Shown here: positions 1 through 13,763 of the stretch, piece after piece
Numbering within the stretch: position 1 is the stretch's first letter
Layout: each line of letters starts with the position of its first letter
NCBI RefSeq assembly: GCF_018350175.1
Contig: NC_058368.1
Span: 218,366,001-218,430,000 of the forward strand
DNA length: 64,000 bases
Direction: 5' to 3'
From: Felis catus
Taxonomy: Eukaryota
Notes under the pieces: model-generated
What the model was told of the DNA's origin: nothing
The model's database searches: none
Seen by the model: only the letters and a program-made list of their open reading frames with translations
Translations under genes and position numbers: made by a program

Positions 1-989
1 TTGTAGAGTGATCAGAACTTCAGGACTCTAACTGTAGTCACTAACTTCTTCCCATTTAAAGGAGGGCATTTGCAGAATGGAAGAAAGAGTAAACAAATCA
101 TGTCAATCACCTCTAGCTGTGCTCTCCAAGTGCCATTCTAGCCATTCTTGCTTTTTTTTCACTTTAAGTATATCATATCAAGTTACAACTGCCATACCAT
201 GTATATCAGAGTTTAAGGTTTGAAGGTGTAATTGCTTAAATTCTACATATAACTATAGCCCTATATGTGTGAGATTTACTCTTAACTCTTCGCACAATGT
301 GTTCATTCCACTTACAATGTCAGGAAAAAAATTAAAAATGATGAAATGCAAATCAATGGGAAATCCTAAACATATCACAATTTTTTATTTTTTCATATCC
401 TAAAATAATAAAAATTAATCAAATATTGATAGAATATCCAAGAATATAGTCTTTTCATTATTTGCAATTAACTACCGCATTATAAATTTCCTAGCTACAA
501 AAGGTGTTAACGTGGATCAATGGCAGCAATCCCAGATTTAAAAAATGTTGTGTTGTTATTTTTCATTCAATCATCTTACATTTTAACATGGAATATGATG
601 TGATAGCTATAGGGATTTTGTCTAAATTATATAAACTGGAAGGCTTCCCAAATTAAAATGTCATTTAATATTTCCCTAGGAGGAAAAGCTGAAAGTTCTT
701 TTCTCTTTCTTCTATTTTTGTTTGTAACATAACTCATGTTCAATAGTCATTTGTGGTTGAATAGGTATACTTGGAAAATAATAATTGGCCAAAGTGATTT
801 CTAGATCAGTATCACTACTGTTTTAAGTAGCAAAGTATAATATTGCATATATTAAATAGTTTCCAGGAAAGACTACTGATAACTGAGTGTCACCAACATT
901 CTTGGATTCTCTAATGTTTCAATTCATAAGTGAACGGATGGAAGATTAGTAATGGTTTAGAAGCTTCTTATTCTAAGTATGGTTTATCA

Positions 990-1479
990 CATTAGTTTCC
1001 TCTTGCTTCTGAAACAAGATATGATAAATTTACTGGCTTAAAACAACACAAATTATTATCTTACAGTTCTGGAGGTAGGAAGTTTGAAATGGGTCTTACT
1101 ATGCTGTCAGGGATGTGTTTCTTTCTGGAGGCTCTAGAGAAGAATCCATTTCTTTGTCTTTACCAAAGAGGTTCCCTATATTCCTTGACTTCTTAACCCT
1201 TCAATCTTCTACGTTAGCAATACTGAGTCCAGTCTTTCCCATGACGCCATCTCCTTCTTGTTCTGACACTTCTACTTCCCTCTTCTCCATTTTAGGATCC
1301 TTGTGATCACATTGTGCCCATGTGGGTAAATCCAGATAACCTCCTTCATTTAAAGTCAGATGATTAGTAACTTTAATTCCACTTGTAACCTTATTTCCCC
1401 CTTGCTAAATGACATAACACATTAATAGATTCCAGGAACTTGATGTATACATCTTTAGGGGATCATTCTGCCTACTGCA
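990..1479 (-). mobile_element. MaLR solo LTR (MLT1-type), old and diverged
   Basis: Contains the MLT1-typical stretch 'ggcttaaaacaacacaaattattatcttacagttctggaggtaggaagtttgaaat' and ends in 'cattctgcctactgca'. Family assigned from memory of the consensus. Confidence 0.75.
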
Positions 1480-1489
1480 TCTGTAAATA

Positions 1490-1645
1490 GCATAAGCATC
1501 AACTGTGAGTTGGCTAGAAATGCAAATTATTGCACCCTATTCAAGTCCTAGTCATTCAGAATCTTTGAGGATGGGGCCCAGGATTCTGTTTTACCAAGAT
1601 TTCCAAGTCATTTTTAGTCACACTAAATTTTGGGAAATGATGGTT
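1490..1645. mobile_element. MER5-like hAT-Charlie DNA transposon relic
   Basis: 'agcatcaactgtgagttggctagaaatgcaaatt...tcagaatctttgaggatggggcccaggattctgttttaccaag' resembles the MER5A consensus. Confidence 0.65.
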
Positions 1646-3184
1646 TAGGAGACACACATGAAGAATAAGTGACCTTCTTTGTCTAATAAGAATTAACATC
1701 CTAAACTAGAAACATTTCAAGATATTCCCTTATGTATTTTGGATCTTTTCCCAGCTCTTCCTTCCTTGCTTTTGCATTGCTGAACAGTTTACTACCAAAT
1801 CTCTAAATGAATTGCTGTTGCTGTGTCCCTTTCTCTGATCACCTTCCATTCTGTAGTTTATAGACATTTTATTTCTATCCTCCTTCTCTTCTCACCCATT
1901 TCAGGGACATCATTGCTGCTATTACTTCTCTCAAACCAAGATTACACCATGCCAATGCTTCTGGAAAATAAACGTTATCAGGGATTTCTAATCCAGAGTC
2001 TGGTGATTACTATCGCCTTTCTGGATATTGGTTTTGTCATTTCAATCTCTACTGCCAGAGAGCTGTAGTGAATTTTATGAATTGTAGCTGGACATATTGA
2101 CATTTTTTCCTGATAGAAATATCCCAGAAACAAGATAAAATCATAATTCAAACAATGTAAATGTTTGTTTTAAAAAATCTGTTATAAAAATCATACCATT
2201 TATTATATAAACAGTGACCTATAAGATTGTTACAACAAAGATCACAGTTTTAAATGAAACTGAAGAAACAAAATTGCTTTCCTACGTTGCCACTTTTCTC
2301 TCATCATGTTATCAGATATTTACTATCTATAATTAATTCCATATTAGGCAGCATTATATTTCTTAATTACTCAGGTAGAGACATTGATTTGAATCCTTTC
2401 TCAGAGATATGTTGATTTGAATTCTTTCTCAAAATAAATTGGTATCTCTGTGACATTAGGCAAAAGGTTTATTTAGCGTTGGTAGGAATTTAAGAGGCAG
2501 AGACCAGCCAATATTCATGTAAAGACCTTCCTGCCTATAAATTATTTACTAAATGTAGGGCCAAGTAATATTTCACACTGATGCTCTTGCTGACTGAAAA
2601 GGAAATCCCAAATTATTCATAAAAGTCCAGAGCATCTATCCTGCTTAGCATTCTGAGTGAAGGGGTATCTGTCACAGCCTGTGCTGAATGGATTCCCTGC
2701 TTACATTATGAGGCAAACACATTTATGACTCAAACCATCTGCTATGTTTTTTCTTCAAAAACTTTGGGGCCTGATGTAATATCTAATAAAGACAATAATC
2801 ACATAGTTCAGGAACTATTCCTAGATTATCTTTTGGGGAAAAAATAAGCTTGATATCTAACCAGATGATCTTTAGCCCAGAAACACATATCATGGAATAT
2901 TTTATGTAAAACCAATGGAAGTTTTTAGTCTTTTTACCCCATCTAATCTCCACTGGCAAAAAAAGTTATTCTGTTGTCTTGAATTTTCCTGAATCTACAT
3001 CATGTTTCTTAAATGTCCTTTGTTTCTATTCTCCAATATATGATATAGAACTAATGTAACCTCATGCAGTTATTTTGAAAAGTAAATGAAATAATAATGT
3101 ACATAAATTCTTTAAGGTTATATGTCATATGGTAATTTCTCAAATAGTAATCTCAGAGACAATATATCATTATTGTCTCTATTT

Positions 3185-3645
3185 TTTTATTTTTGTGTTT
3201 TGAAATATTATTTAATTTTAAAATTATATATATTTAAGATGTACAACATATTTATTATACATATACATAGTGAAATGATTACTACAGTTAAGCTAATTAA
3301 CAGATCTTCTCACATAGTTACATACAAATGGGCAACAGGTACATGCAAAGGTGATCAACATCACTAATCATCAGGAAAATGTAAGTCAAAACTACAATGA
3401 TGCATCATCTTAATGCTTATTAAAATGGCTATTATAAAAAATTGAAATTAAAGATAAATAAAATTTAGGAAGTGTTGGTATGTGGAGACAATGAAACCCT
3501 CATACATACTGTTGGTGAGAACATAAACTGATATAGCCATTATAAAAAACACTGTGAAGGTTACTCAAAAAATGATCCAGTAATCTCTGTTTTGTGCATA
3601 CACTCAAAGGAAATGAAATCAGTCCTTTGGAGAGATATCTGTTTT
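3185..3645. mobile_element. Old LINE-1 (L1MA-type) with an inverted segment: 3' end on - strand (~3185-3321) fused to a + strand ORF2-end fragment (~3322-3645)
   Basis: The left part 'tatatatttaagatgtacaacata...gtgaaatgattactacagttaagctaattaaca...cacatagttac' is an L1 3' terminus in reverse. The right part 'atacaaatgggcaacaggtacatg...caacatcactaatcatcaggaaaatg' is forward L1 ORF2 3' sequence. Confidence 0.7.
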
Positions 3646-3820
3646 TATTATTTTAACATGGCAGTCTATTTAATCATGTGATTTCAGCCATTTGATTCTT
3701 CTTTCTGTAGAGATTTTAGACAATTAGATAAAATAATAAAATAGGAAAATTTAGGAGCTGAAATCATTGACCTTAACCAAAACTTTAACTCCTAATATCT
3801 TCATTCCTCTTGTTTTGTAA

Positions 3821-4034
3821 TTTTTTTAACCTTTATTTTTACTTTTGAGAGACAGAGAGACACAGCATGAACAGGGCAGGGGCAGAGAGAGGGAGACTGA
3901 ATCAGAAGTAGGCTCCAGGCTTTGGGCTGTCAGCATGGAGCTCCACCTGGAGCTCAAATTCATGAACCTGGAGACCATCACTTAGGCTGAAGTCCCAGGT
4001 GCCTGGTGCTGTTAACTGAGCACCCAGGAGCCCC
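3821..4034 (-). mobile_element. Can-SINE (SINEC_Fc), diverged
   Basis: SINE body with (GA)n and T-rich tail; TSD tcctcttgttttgtaa (3805-3820) / tcctcttgttttctaa (4035-4050). Confidence 0.9.
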
Positions 4035-6068
4035 TCCTCTTGTTTTCTAAATTGAAACAGGAAAACAACACAAACAAAAAAACAAAGCGATCAACCTTTT
4101 CTTTTTTGTAACACAATTTGGAGACTCTTCCTTAGGTGCTTTTTATAACACGGTTTTCCCCTTTTCATTCCAATTAGATCCCAACTTCCAGCACTGGGGG
4201 CACTTTTGTCCAACACTTTTTAACTACTTCTGTTAGTTGATGTCATGTTTCTTCTCACCACTGCTAGGAATCAAGCTTCTAAAATGTAGTTTGAATGCTA
4301 TAAAACACAGCATGCAATTGCTTAAACATGAAGAGCAATTACTTTCTCATATAGTGATCTGTAGGGTCCAAAATATGTGTTTAATTTTAAAGAATTCAAT
4401 GGAATGTGCTTGTTTAAAAAATGTATTTCTTTCTCAATGATAAGTGCATATTTCCTTTAAAAAACACACACATGAAGAAAATATCATAGAATATGATATT
4501 TGAATATCTCATTTGAATATCTATTTTGTCATGTCTAACAAGTAACTATACTCTAATTTTGTGCTTCTCTAACTTGTTTAGGGTATTCTATGACAGTAAT
4601 GTGAACTCTGTGGAAAATGAAGAGTAGTGTTCAATCCTGAATCACCATGGTAAGATAAATAATATAAATGAACCTAAAGAAATAAAATTATTTATTATCT
4701 ATTATCTTGTGATACGTATTTATAAATAAAACATAAGCCAGATAGTATGTCTTCAGGTAAACCAATATATTATCAAGTTAATGCACTAAGAAAATATTTT
4801 TTTCACAAAGACATCATCAACATCAATGGCAAATAATCAATTTTTTAAAAAGGTTCTTCACTTTCAAGCTACTAAAATTTGAATGAGAAGTTCATATTTC
4901 AAAAGAAAATGAGAAAATGTTTTTGTCTACACATTCATTCAAAATAAAGGGTTGTCAATTAGTATGTGTATGTGGTAGCTATTCTCCCTGCTATACTGTG
5001 TGATCTAGGTGGGTAGAGATGATTTATTCCTGTTCACTACTCAGTCTCACAACCAGAAAGAGTAAATGGACTGTTTTTAACTAAGAAAATGGGTAACATT
5101 TTCTTCTTTCTCACTTAAAGAACTGTAATTACTTACCAGGATTCTAAAGTTTTAAAACTATTCCTTAACCTAGGCAACTATTTGGCAACCTAGGCCTTGG
5201 TAATATGTCTAAATTTCTGTGTCTTCCTTTCTTTCTCCACCCTAAATCTATCTTCACAATTTTCCTTTGATTTAGCCTGTATCTCTCTGTATTTTATTAT
5301 GACAATTAGTCAACCTATTGTAGCTGTGACATCCTTTTGAATAGGAGACTTCTTTAAGCTTACGGTGACAAAGTAAGATTATATAATCAACATAAGTGAA
5401 ACATTTATTTTCTTATTGACAGGTTTCGTAATTATATATTTTTACATACTTAAAAAATAAATCATTAAATTAAATCACATTCCCTAATTTTTTCTGCCAT
5501 AATTATCTAATGCATTGTCCATGGCTTGACATTTCAGAAGACATTTATTTTTTAAAGCATTACATTTTGATATTGGAGTTTTTGCAACAGTAGATTGATA
5601 TTTATCAGATTCTGTGTCACATCTCCATAAGACAGCACATTTGCTGGCACATAGTCTATCGTCCATAAACATTCGATTATTGAATGACTTTCATTATTTT
5701 TCCATCAGTGTATCATTTAGGACAACCCTTCTGTGCACTGCCACTCTCAAACAGAGGGATGAGGAACAGCAGGATATGGCTGGGGAAAAGAAGCCAAATC
5801 TAAAAATCTGTTAGGCTCAGAGTGTTCTGGAAGATTCCATTGGTGGGCCTATAAGAAATTAAATATGTAGAACTAAATATGTCTACAAAAAGTATTAGGT
5901 GGCGAATGTTGAACTAAGCAGGAAAGAAATTCAGTTTAGGAAAGTCGGGAAAAGTAAAATGAAACTACCAATCTGTCTACTCCTCTGTTTTAGTTTACTT
6001 GTGTGTTTACACTGACCAAAATCACTGAGATTTGTAAAAGGGAAAAATAGTCATCAGAAAAATAAACT

Positions 6069-6230
6069 AGGGGTTCCTAGGGGGGTCAGTCAGTTAAGTG
6101 TCCGACTCTTTATTTCAGCGTGTGGTTGTTGAGTTCAGCCCACCTTGGGCTCTGTCCTGAAATCATGGAGTCTGCTTGGGATTCTCTGTCTCTCTCTCTC
6201 TTCCTGATCCTCTCTAATGTGCATGCACGT

Positions 6231-6279
<49 letters not shown>

Positions 6280-6520
6280 ATAAATAAACATTAAAAAAAT
6301 AAAAATAAGGGTTCCTGGGTCGTTCAGTTGGTTAAGCATCCGACTTCGGCTCAGGATCATGATCTCTGCGTTCCCGAGCTGGAGCCCCGCATCAGGCTCT
6401 GTGCTGACAGCTCAGAGCCTTGAGCCTGTTTCAGATTCTGTGTCTCCATCTGTCCCTCTGTCCCTCTCTCTCTCTCTTTCAAAAATTAAAAAAAAATTGA
6501 AAAGTTTTTAAAATAAAAAT
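6069..6520 (+). mobile_element. Two head-to-tail Can-SINEs (~6069-6305 and ~6308-6520)
   Basis: Two tRNA-like heads ('ggggttcctag...tcagttaagtgtccgact' and 'gggttcctgggtcgttcagttggttaagcatccgact'), each followed by (CT)n and an A-rich tail. Confidence 0.9.
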
Positions 6521-6889
6521 AAAGTAAGATCATTTCCCAAATTATATATTTGGGTCTGTCAAGTTATACTTTTAGACCTATACTTTTAGGTAGAAAAAAA
6601 AAGTCACATAAATGACTATATCAATGCCAATCCAGTTACAGAAATGTAATTCTTCATTATATTGTGATTTTTAAATGAGATTTTGTGAAATTTTGTTATG
6701 GCTCTTCATAAAGATAACAGGGTAGTAACATTTATACTGACAACATTTTTTTCCATTAAAACCGATTTATCTTTTAGAGTTTTTTTTGTATTAATGCAGA
6801 GTAATGAAATAACAATCAAATGCATGCCAGTAAAAGCATTTCTATTAGGGATTTATTTTACAATCCATGTTAGTCTTCCATGATTATCT

Positions 6890-8170
6890 AGTTTTAAAAA
6901 ACCACAGGGTGAAAACAACATTTTTAAGACATTGGCAATGAGACAATGGAGGACACCGATAGTTGCGAGATGGAAAACAAACAACATGAGTCCTACAATT
7001 TCCCTAAGGTATTTCCCCTTTAGTACATCAAGATCTTAAGGCAGAGGAACAAAAAGCAGATCATAAAACAGGGAGGAGAACTCAAGTCTGGAGCCTGACA
7101 AATTCCCAAAGTGAGGCTATGTCACGGAGATTGTAGGGAGGCAAGGGTACTTGAGTTTGCAAGGCAGAGCGCCAGAGAAGAGAGAAATGAGCAGAGAGAG
7201 AAATCCAAAGATCTATAGCAAGTCTCCCTTGAGTAGTTAGCAGCATATAAATCAATGCAGGCATGTGAGCCAACTTCCTCAGTTTGGGGAAAGAACATCC
7301 ATAAAAATTAGAGAAGATTTTAGGAAAGCTTGTGATCATGGCCCCAGGTAGGGCATTCAGAAGGATCTCAGAGGAGAGTGATTAGACATAGACTGCAGCC
7401 TGTTCTGGTCCCACCTGACAAACTTTAAAAGCAAATCTCTAAAAAAGCAGTTTCCAGGTAACTTAAGTACACTTCAGAATAAAGTTCAATAGCACTTAAA
7501 AGGGAGGAAAAAAATGCTCTGTAACTAACAGGGTGCAAAACTCATAGTATCTGCCATCTAACCGAAACTTACTAGACATGCAAAAACAGCAGCAAAATAT
7601 ATCGCATTCTACAAAAAACAAAACAAAACAAAAAAACACATACACACACACACACAAAAAAAAAAAAAAACAAAAGCAAAAAAAACCCCAAATAAATTGA
7701 AACAAACCAAGACTGAAACTGATGTTAAAACTGTTATAACCTGTTCCATATATTCAAAACACTAGACAAAAGATTGAACATGTTTAGCAGAATTATGGAA
7801 TATATAAAACAAATCAAACGGATAGAGATGAAAACTACAATAATAGAGATAAAAGTATATTGGTTGAGATTAACAGCAAATTAGAGATTATGGAAAAAAA
7901 GATGGATTATCATGAAGATGTAGTGATAGAAACTAATTCAAAATTAATCACAGAAAGAAGGAAATAATGAAAAAAGAATCAGTTAACAGTGGGATATCTT
8001 CAAATGTCCTGTATAATTGGAGTTTCAAAAGGAGAAGATAGAGGGAGAAACAAAATATATATTTAAAAAATGACCAAAAAAAGTCTAAATATGATCAGAA
8101 TCATAAACTCACAAACCCAAGACTTTCAAAGAAACCCAACCACAAGAAATGTGAAGATAACCACACCACT
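6890..8170 (+). mobile_element. Ancient LINE-1 5' region / ORF1 remnant
   Basis: A-rich degenerate ORF1-like sequence, including 'tgtataattggagtttcaaaaggagaaga' (resembles the IIGVPEGE motif) and 'aaactcacaaacccaagactttcaaagaaacccaac'. Confidence 0.6.
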
Positions 8171-8788
8171 GATCAACATTGAGCTTCTATTACAATCCCT
8201 AAACCAGCAACTTCTCTATGTTTTTTACTAAGAAATCCCATTAGGCCTCCTTAATCAACCCTTCCCAACCACAATGTTTATATATATATTTTTAACTATC
8301 ATTCTGTTTGATAGAAAGTTCATATAGATTTCTTTTTCTTATCTAGGTTGAAAGATCTTTCAATTGTTGTTATTTTCCGCTATTTTGTATTATGGTTAAA
8401 GGTAGTAGCTTTATGACCAGGATCCTGTATCTTTCCCTATTTTTTTTTTTTTTGTAGTTTCATGTTTTAGCTACACTATTTTTTGTTTCTGTTATGTATA
8501 AGATCAATCTTATGCACTGTTTTAGATTATCTTGACCTTATTTATTTTGGCTTTTTTACATTAGATAATCTATTCACTTCAGGTCTTTCTGCTTCCCCTA
8601 AGATATTCCAACTCTCCAGCTACTCCAATCATTTGCAGAATGTGATTAAACACTGCAATTCAAGGACTGGGATCTGACTTCATGGCAGTTGTGAAGGGAA
8701 AAGTGATATCACCCCAAATTCTAGGAGCATCAATTCCCTGATGAGCGACTGTCAACCAATGGGAGCAGGAGATAGAAGGGAACTTCAA

Positions 8789-8985
8789 AGGGGTGCATGG
8801 GTGGCTCAGTCGGTTGAGCTTCATGATATCATGGTTGGTGAGTTTGAGCCCGTGTCCATGCTGACAGTGCAGAGCCTGTTTGGGATTCTTTCTGCCCCTC
8901 CTCCACTCACCTGAACTCTTACTCTCTCCCTCTCTCTTTCTCTCTCTAAATTAATTAACAAAACAAAAAACAAAAAACAAAAACA
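8789..8985 (+). mobile_element. Can-SINE, internally deleted
   Basis: Head 'ggggtgcatgggtggctcagtcggttgagc', then 'tgctgacagtgcagagcctg', CT-rich region and A-rich tail. Confidence 0.85.
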
Positions 8986-9387
8986 TGTCTTCTCCATCAT
9001 GCTGTGTAAAGGAAAAGCACAAGATTTGTTGTTTCTCTGCCCCTGTCTAGTGATGTCCTACTTGGCTGAGCAGACATGCTATGTCTCTTTGTGAAGCAGT
9101 GGTCACCTGGAATGCATCACTTGTATGGTTTCCAGTCCATTCAGGACTGAACTCTTTTCTTCTTCACTTTCACTGCTTAGGTTTTGCATCTCCCAAAAAA
9201 GCACTGCCACTTGGGCTTTGCTTCAGGTCAAACACAGTGTTCAAAGCACATTTTAAAGTTTTAGTGTGTGTGGTGTGTATGTGTCTCCCATCTCTGATTG
9301 CTTTAGATTTATATCCAATTTTACACCTTTTACGTCTTTACATTTTACAAGTATTGAAATGTATTACATTAAAAATGCAATACTTTT

Positions 9388-9592
9388 TGGGGAACGTGGG
9401 TCTCTCAGTGGGTTAAGTGTTTGACTTCCGCTCAGGTGATGATCTCACAGTTCTTAGGTTTGAACCCTGCATCGGGCTCTGTGCTGACAGCTCAGAGCCT
9501 GGAGCTTGCCTCAGATTCTGTGTCTCCCTCTCTCTCTGCTCCTCCCCCATTCAAGTTCTTTATTTCTCTCTCTCAAAAATAAACATTAAAGA
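9388..9592 (+). mobile_element. Can-SINE (SINEC_Fc)
   Basis: Typical body 'ctctgtgctgacagctcagagcctggagc'; 'aaaatgcaata' flanks it on both sides as a TSD. Confidence 0.9.
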
Positions 9593-9894
9593 AAATGCAA
9601 TATTTTTCAAGGTATAGATTTAATATATAGTCATTTCAAAAAAATTTTTTTATTTTTATTTTATTTTTCAATATATGAAATTTATTGTCAAATTGGTTTC
9701 CATACAACACTCAGTGCTCATCCCAAAAGGTGCCCTCCTCAATACCCATCACCCACCCTCCCCTCCCTCCCACCCCCCATCAACCCTCAGTTTGTTCTCA
9801 GTTTTTAAGAGTCTCTTATGCTTTGGCTCTCTCCCACTCTAACCTCTTTTTTTTTTTTTTCCTTCCCCGCCTCCATGGGTTTCTGTTAAGTTTC

Positions 9895-12800
9895 TCAGGG
9901 TCCACATAAGAGTGAAAACATATGGTATCTGTCTTTCTCTGTACGGCTTATTTCACTTAGCATCACACTCTCCAGTTCCATCCACGTTGCTACAAAGGGC
10001 CATATTTCGTTCTTCCTCATTGCCATGTAATACTCCATTGTGTATATAAACCACAATTTCTTTATCCATTCATCAGTTGATGGACATTTAGGCTATTTCC
10101 ATAATTTGGCTATTGTTGAGAGTGCTGCTATAAACATTGGGGTACAAGTGCCCCTATGCATCAGTACTCCTGTATCCCTTGGGTAAATTCCTAGCAGGGC
10201 TATTGCTGGGTCATAGGGTAGGTCTATTTTTAGTTTTCTGAGGAACCTCCACACTGTTTTCCAGAGTGGCTGCACCAATTTGCATTTCCACCAACAATGC
10301 AAGAGGGTTTCCATTTCTCCACACCCTCTCCAGCATCTATAGTCTCCTGATTTGTTCATTTTGGCCACTCTGACTGGCGTGAGGTGATATCTGAGTGTGG
10401 TTTTGATTTGTATTTCCCTGGTGAGGAGCGACGTTGAGCATCTTTTCATGTGCCTGTTGGCCATCTGGATGTCTTCTTTAGAGAAGTGTCTATTCATGTT
10501 TTCTGCCCATTTCTTCACTGGGTTATTTGTTTTTCGGGTGTGGAGTTTGGTGAGCTCTTTATAGATTTTGGATACTAGCCCTTTGTCCGATATGTCATTT
10601 GCAAATATCTTTTCCCATTCCGTTGGTTGCCTTTTAGTTTTGTTGGTTGTTTCCTTTGCTGTGCAGAAGCTTTTTATCTTCATAAGGTCCCAGTAGTTCA
10701 TTTTTGCTTTGAATTCCCTTGCCTTTGGGGATGTGTCAAGTAAGACATTGCTAAGGCTGAGGTCAGAGAGGTCTTTTCCTGCTTTCTCCTCTAGGGTTTT
10801 GATGGTTTCCGGTCTCACATTCAGGTCCTTTATCCATTTTGAGTTTATCTTTGTGAATGGTGTGAGAAAGTGGTCTAGTTTCAACCTTCTGCATGTTGCT
10901 GTCCAGTTCTCCCAGCACCATTTGTTAAAGAGACTGTCTTTTTTCCATTGGATGTTCTTTCCTGCTTTGTCAAAGATGAGTTGGCCATACGTTTGTGGGT
11001 CTAGTTCTGGGGTTTCTATTCTATTTCATTGGTCTATGTGTCTGTTTTTGTGCCAATACCATGCTGTCTTGATGATGACAGCTTTGTAGTTGAGGCTAAA
11101 ATCTGGGATTGTGATGCCTCCTGCTTTGGTCTTCTTCAAAATTACTTTGGCTATTCGGGGCCTTTTGTGGTTCCATATGAATTTTAGGATTGCTTGTTCT
11201 AGTTTCGAGAAGAATGCTGGTGCAATTTTGATTGAGATTGCATTGAATGTGTAGATAGCTTTGGGTAGTATTAACATTTTGACAATATTTATTCTTCCAA
11301 TCCATGAGCAGGGAATGTCTTCCCATTTCTTTATATCTTCTTCAATTACCTTCATAAGCTTTCTATACTTTTCAGCATACAGATCTTTGACATCTTTGGT
11401 TAGATTTATTCCTAGGTATTTTATGCTTCTTGGTGCAATTGTGAATGGGATCAGTTTCTTATTTGTCTTTCTGTTGCTTCATTGTTAGTGTATAAGAATG
11501 CAACTGATTTCTGTACTTTGATTTTGCATCCGGCAACTTTGCTGAATTCATGTATCAGTTCTAGTAGACTTTTGGTGGAGTCTATCAGATTTTCCATGTA
11601 TAATATCATGTCATCTGCAAAAAGCGAAAGCTTGACTTCATCTTTGCCAATTTTGATGTCTTTGATTTCCTTTTGTTGTCTGATTGCTGATGCTAGAACT
11701 TCCAACACTATGTTAAACAACAGCGGTGAGAATGCACATCCCTGTTGTGTTCCTGATCTCAGGGGAAAAGCTCTCAGTTTTTCCCCGTTGAGGATGATGT
11801 TAGCTGTGGGCTTTTCATAAATGGCTTTTATGATCTTTAAGTATGTTCCTTCTATCCCGACTTTCTCAAGGGTTTTTATTAAGAAAGGGTGCTGGATTTT
11901 GTCAAATGCATTTTCTGCATCGATTGACAGGATCATATGGTTCTTATCTCTTCTTTTATTAATGTGATGTATCACGTTGATTGATTTACGAATGTTGAAC
12001 CAGCCCTGCATCCCAGGAATGAATCCCAGTTGATCATGGTGAATAATTCTTTTTATATGCTGTTGAATTCGATTTGCTAGTATCTTATTGAGAATTTTTG
12101 CATCCATATTCATCAGGGATATTGGCCTGTAGTTCTCTTTTTTGACTGGGTCTCTGTCTGGTTTAGGAATCAAAGTAATACTGGCTTCATAGAATGAGTC
12201 TGGAAGTTTTCCTTCCCTTTCTATTTCTTGTAATAGCTTGAGAAGGATAGGTATTATCTCTGCTTTAAACGTCTGGTAGAACTCCCCTGGGAAGCCATCT
12301 GGTCCTGAACTCTTATTTGTTGGGAGATTTTTGATAACCGATTCAATTTCTTCGCTGGTTATGGGTCTGTTCAAGCTTTCTATTTCCTCCTGATTGAGTT
12401 TTGGAAGAGAGTGGGTGTTTAGGAGTTTGTCCATTTCTTCCAGGTTGTCCAATTTGTTGGCATATAATTTTTCATAGTATTCCCTGATAATTGTTTGTAT
12501 CTCTGAGGGATTGGTTGTAATAATTCCATTTTCATTCATGATTTTATCTATTTGGGTCATCTCCCTTTTCTTTTTGAGAAGCCTGGCTAGAGTTTGTCAA
12601 TTTTGTTAATTTTTTCAAAAATCCAACTCTTGGTTTCGTTGATCTGCTCTACAGTTTTTTTAGATTCTATATTGTTTATTTCTGCTCTGATCTTTATTAT
12701 TTTTCTTCTTCTGCTGGGTTTAGGCTGCCATTGCTGTTCTGCTTCCATTTCCTTTAGGTGTGCTGTTAGATTTTGTATTTGGGATTTTGCTTGTTTCTTG

Positions 12801-13713
12801 AGATAGACCTGGATTGCAATGTATTTTCCTCTCAAGACTGCTTTTGCTGCATCCCAAAGCATTTGGATTGTTGTATTTTCATTTTCGTTTGTTTCCATAT
12901 ATTTTTTAATTTCTTCTCTAATTGCCTGGTTGACCCATTCATTCTTTAGTAGGGTGTTCTTTAACCTCTATGCCTTTGGAGGTTTTCCAGACTTTTTTCT
13001 GTGGTTGATTTCAAGCTTCATAGCATTGTGGTCTGAAAGTATGCATGGTATAATTTCAATTCTTGTAAACTTATGAAGGGCTGTTTTGTGACCCAGTATA
13101 TGATCTATCTTGGAGAATGTTCCATGTGCACTCGAGAAGAAAGTATATTCTGTTGCTTTGGGATGCAGAGTTCTAAATATATCTGTCAAGTCCATCTGAT
13201 CCAATGTCTCATTCAGGGCCCTTGTTTCTTTATTGACCGTGTGTCTAGATGATCTGTCCATTTCTGCAAGTGGGGTGTTAAAGTCCCTGCAATTACCACA
13301 TTCTTATCAATAAGGTTGCTTATGTTTATGAGTAATTGTTTTATATATTTGGGAGCTCCAGTATTCAGCGCATAGACATTTATAATTGTTAGCTCTTCCT
13401 GATGGATAGACCCTGTAACTATTATATAATGTCCTTCTTCATCTCTTGTTACAGCCTTTACTTTAAAGTCTAGTTTGTCTGATATAAGTATGGCTACTCC
13501 AGCTTTCTTTTGGCTTCCAGTCGCATGATAAATAGTTCTCCATCCCCTCACTCTCAATCTAAAGGTGTCCTCAGGTCTAAAATGAGTCTCTTGTAGACAG
13601 CAAATAGATGGGTCTTGTTTTTTTATCCATTCTGATACCCTATGTCTTTTGGTTGGCGCATTTAATCCATTTACATTCAGTGTTATTATAGAAAGATACG
13701 GGTTTAGAGTCAT
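9895..13713 (-). pseudogene. LINE-1 ORF2p (endonuclease / reverse transcriptase), broken by stops and frameshifts
   Basis: Starts MTLNPYLSIITLNVNGLN at 13713. Shows EN motifs CCLQETH and SDHN, RT motifs NYRPISLMN and [10 protein letters not shown], and C-terminal CWRGC...HCWWKC. Ends ...YHMFSLLCGP* at 9895. Split over at least six ORF fragments. Confidence 0.95.
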
Positions 13714-13763
13714 TGTGATGTCTCTATGTTTTATGCTTGTCGTGATGTCTCTGGGACTTTGTC

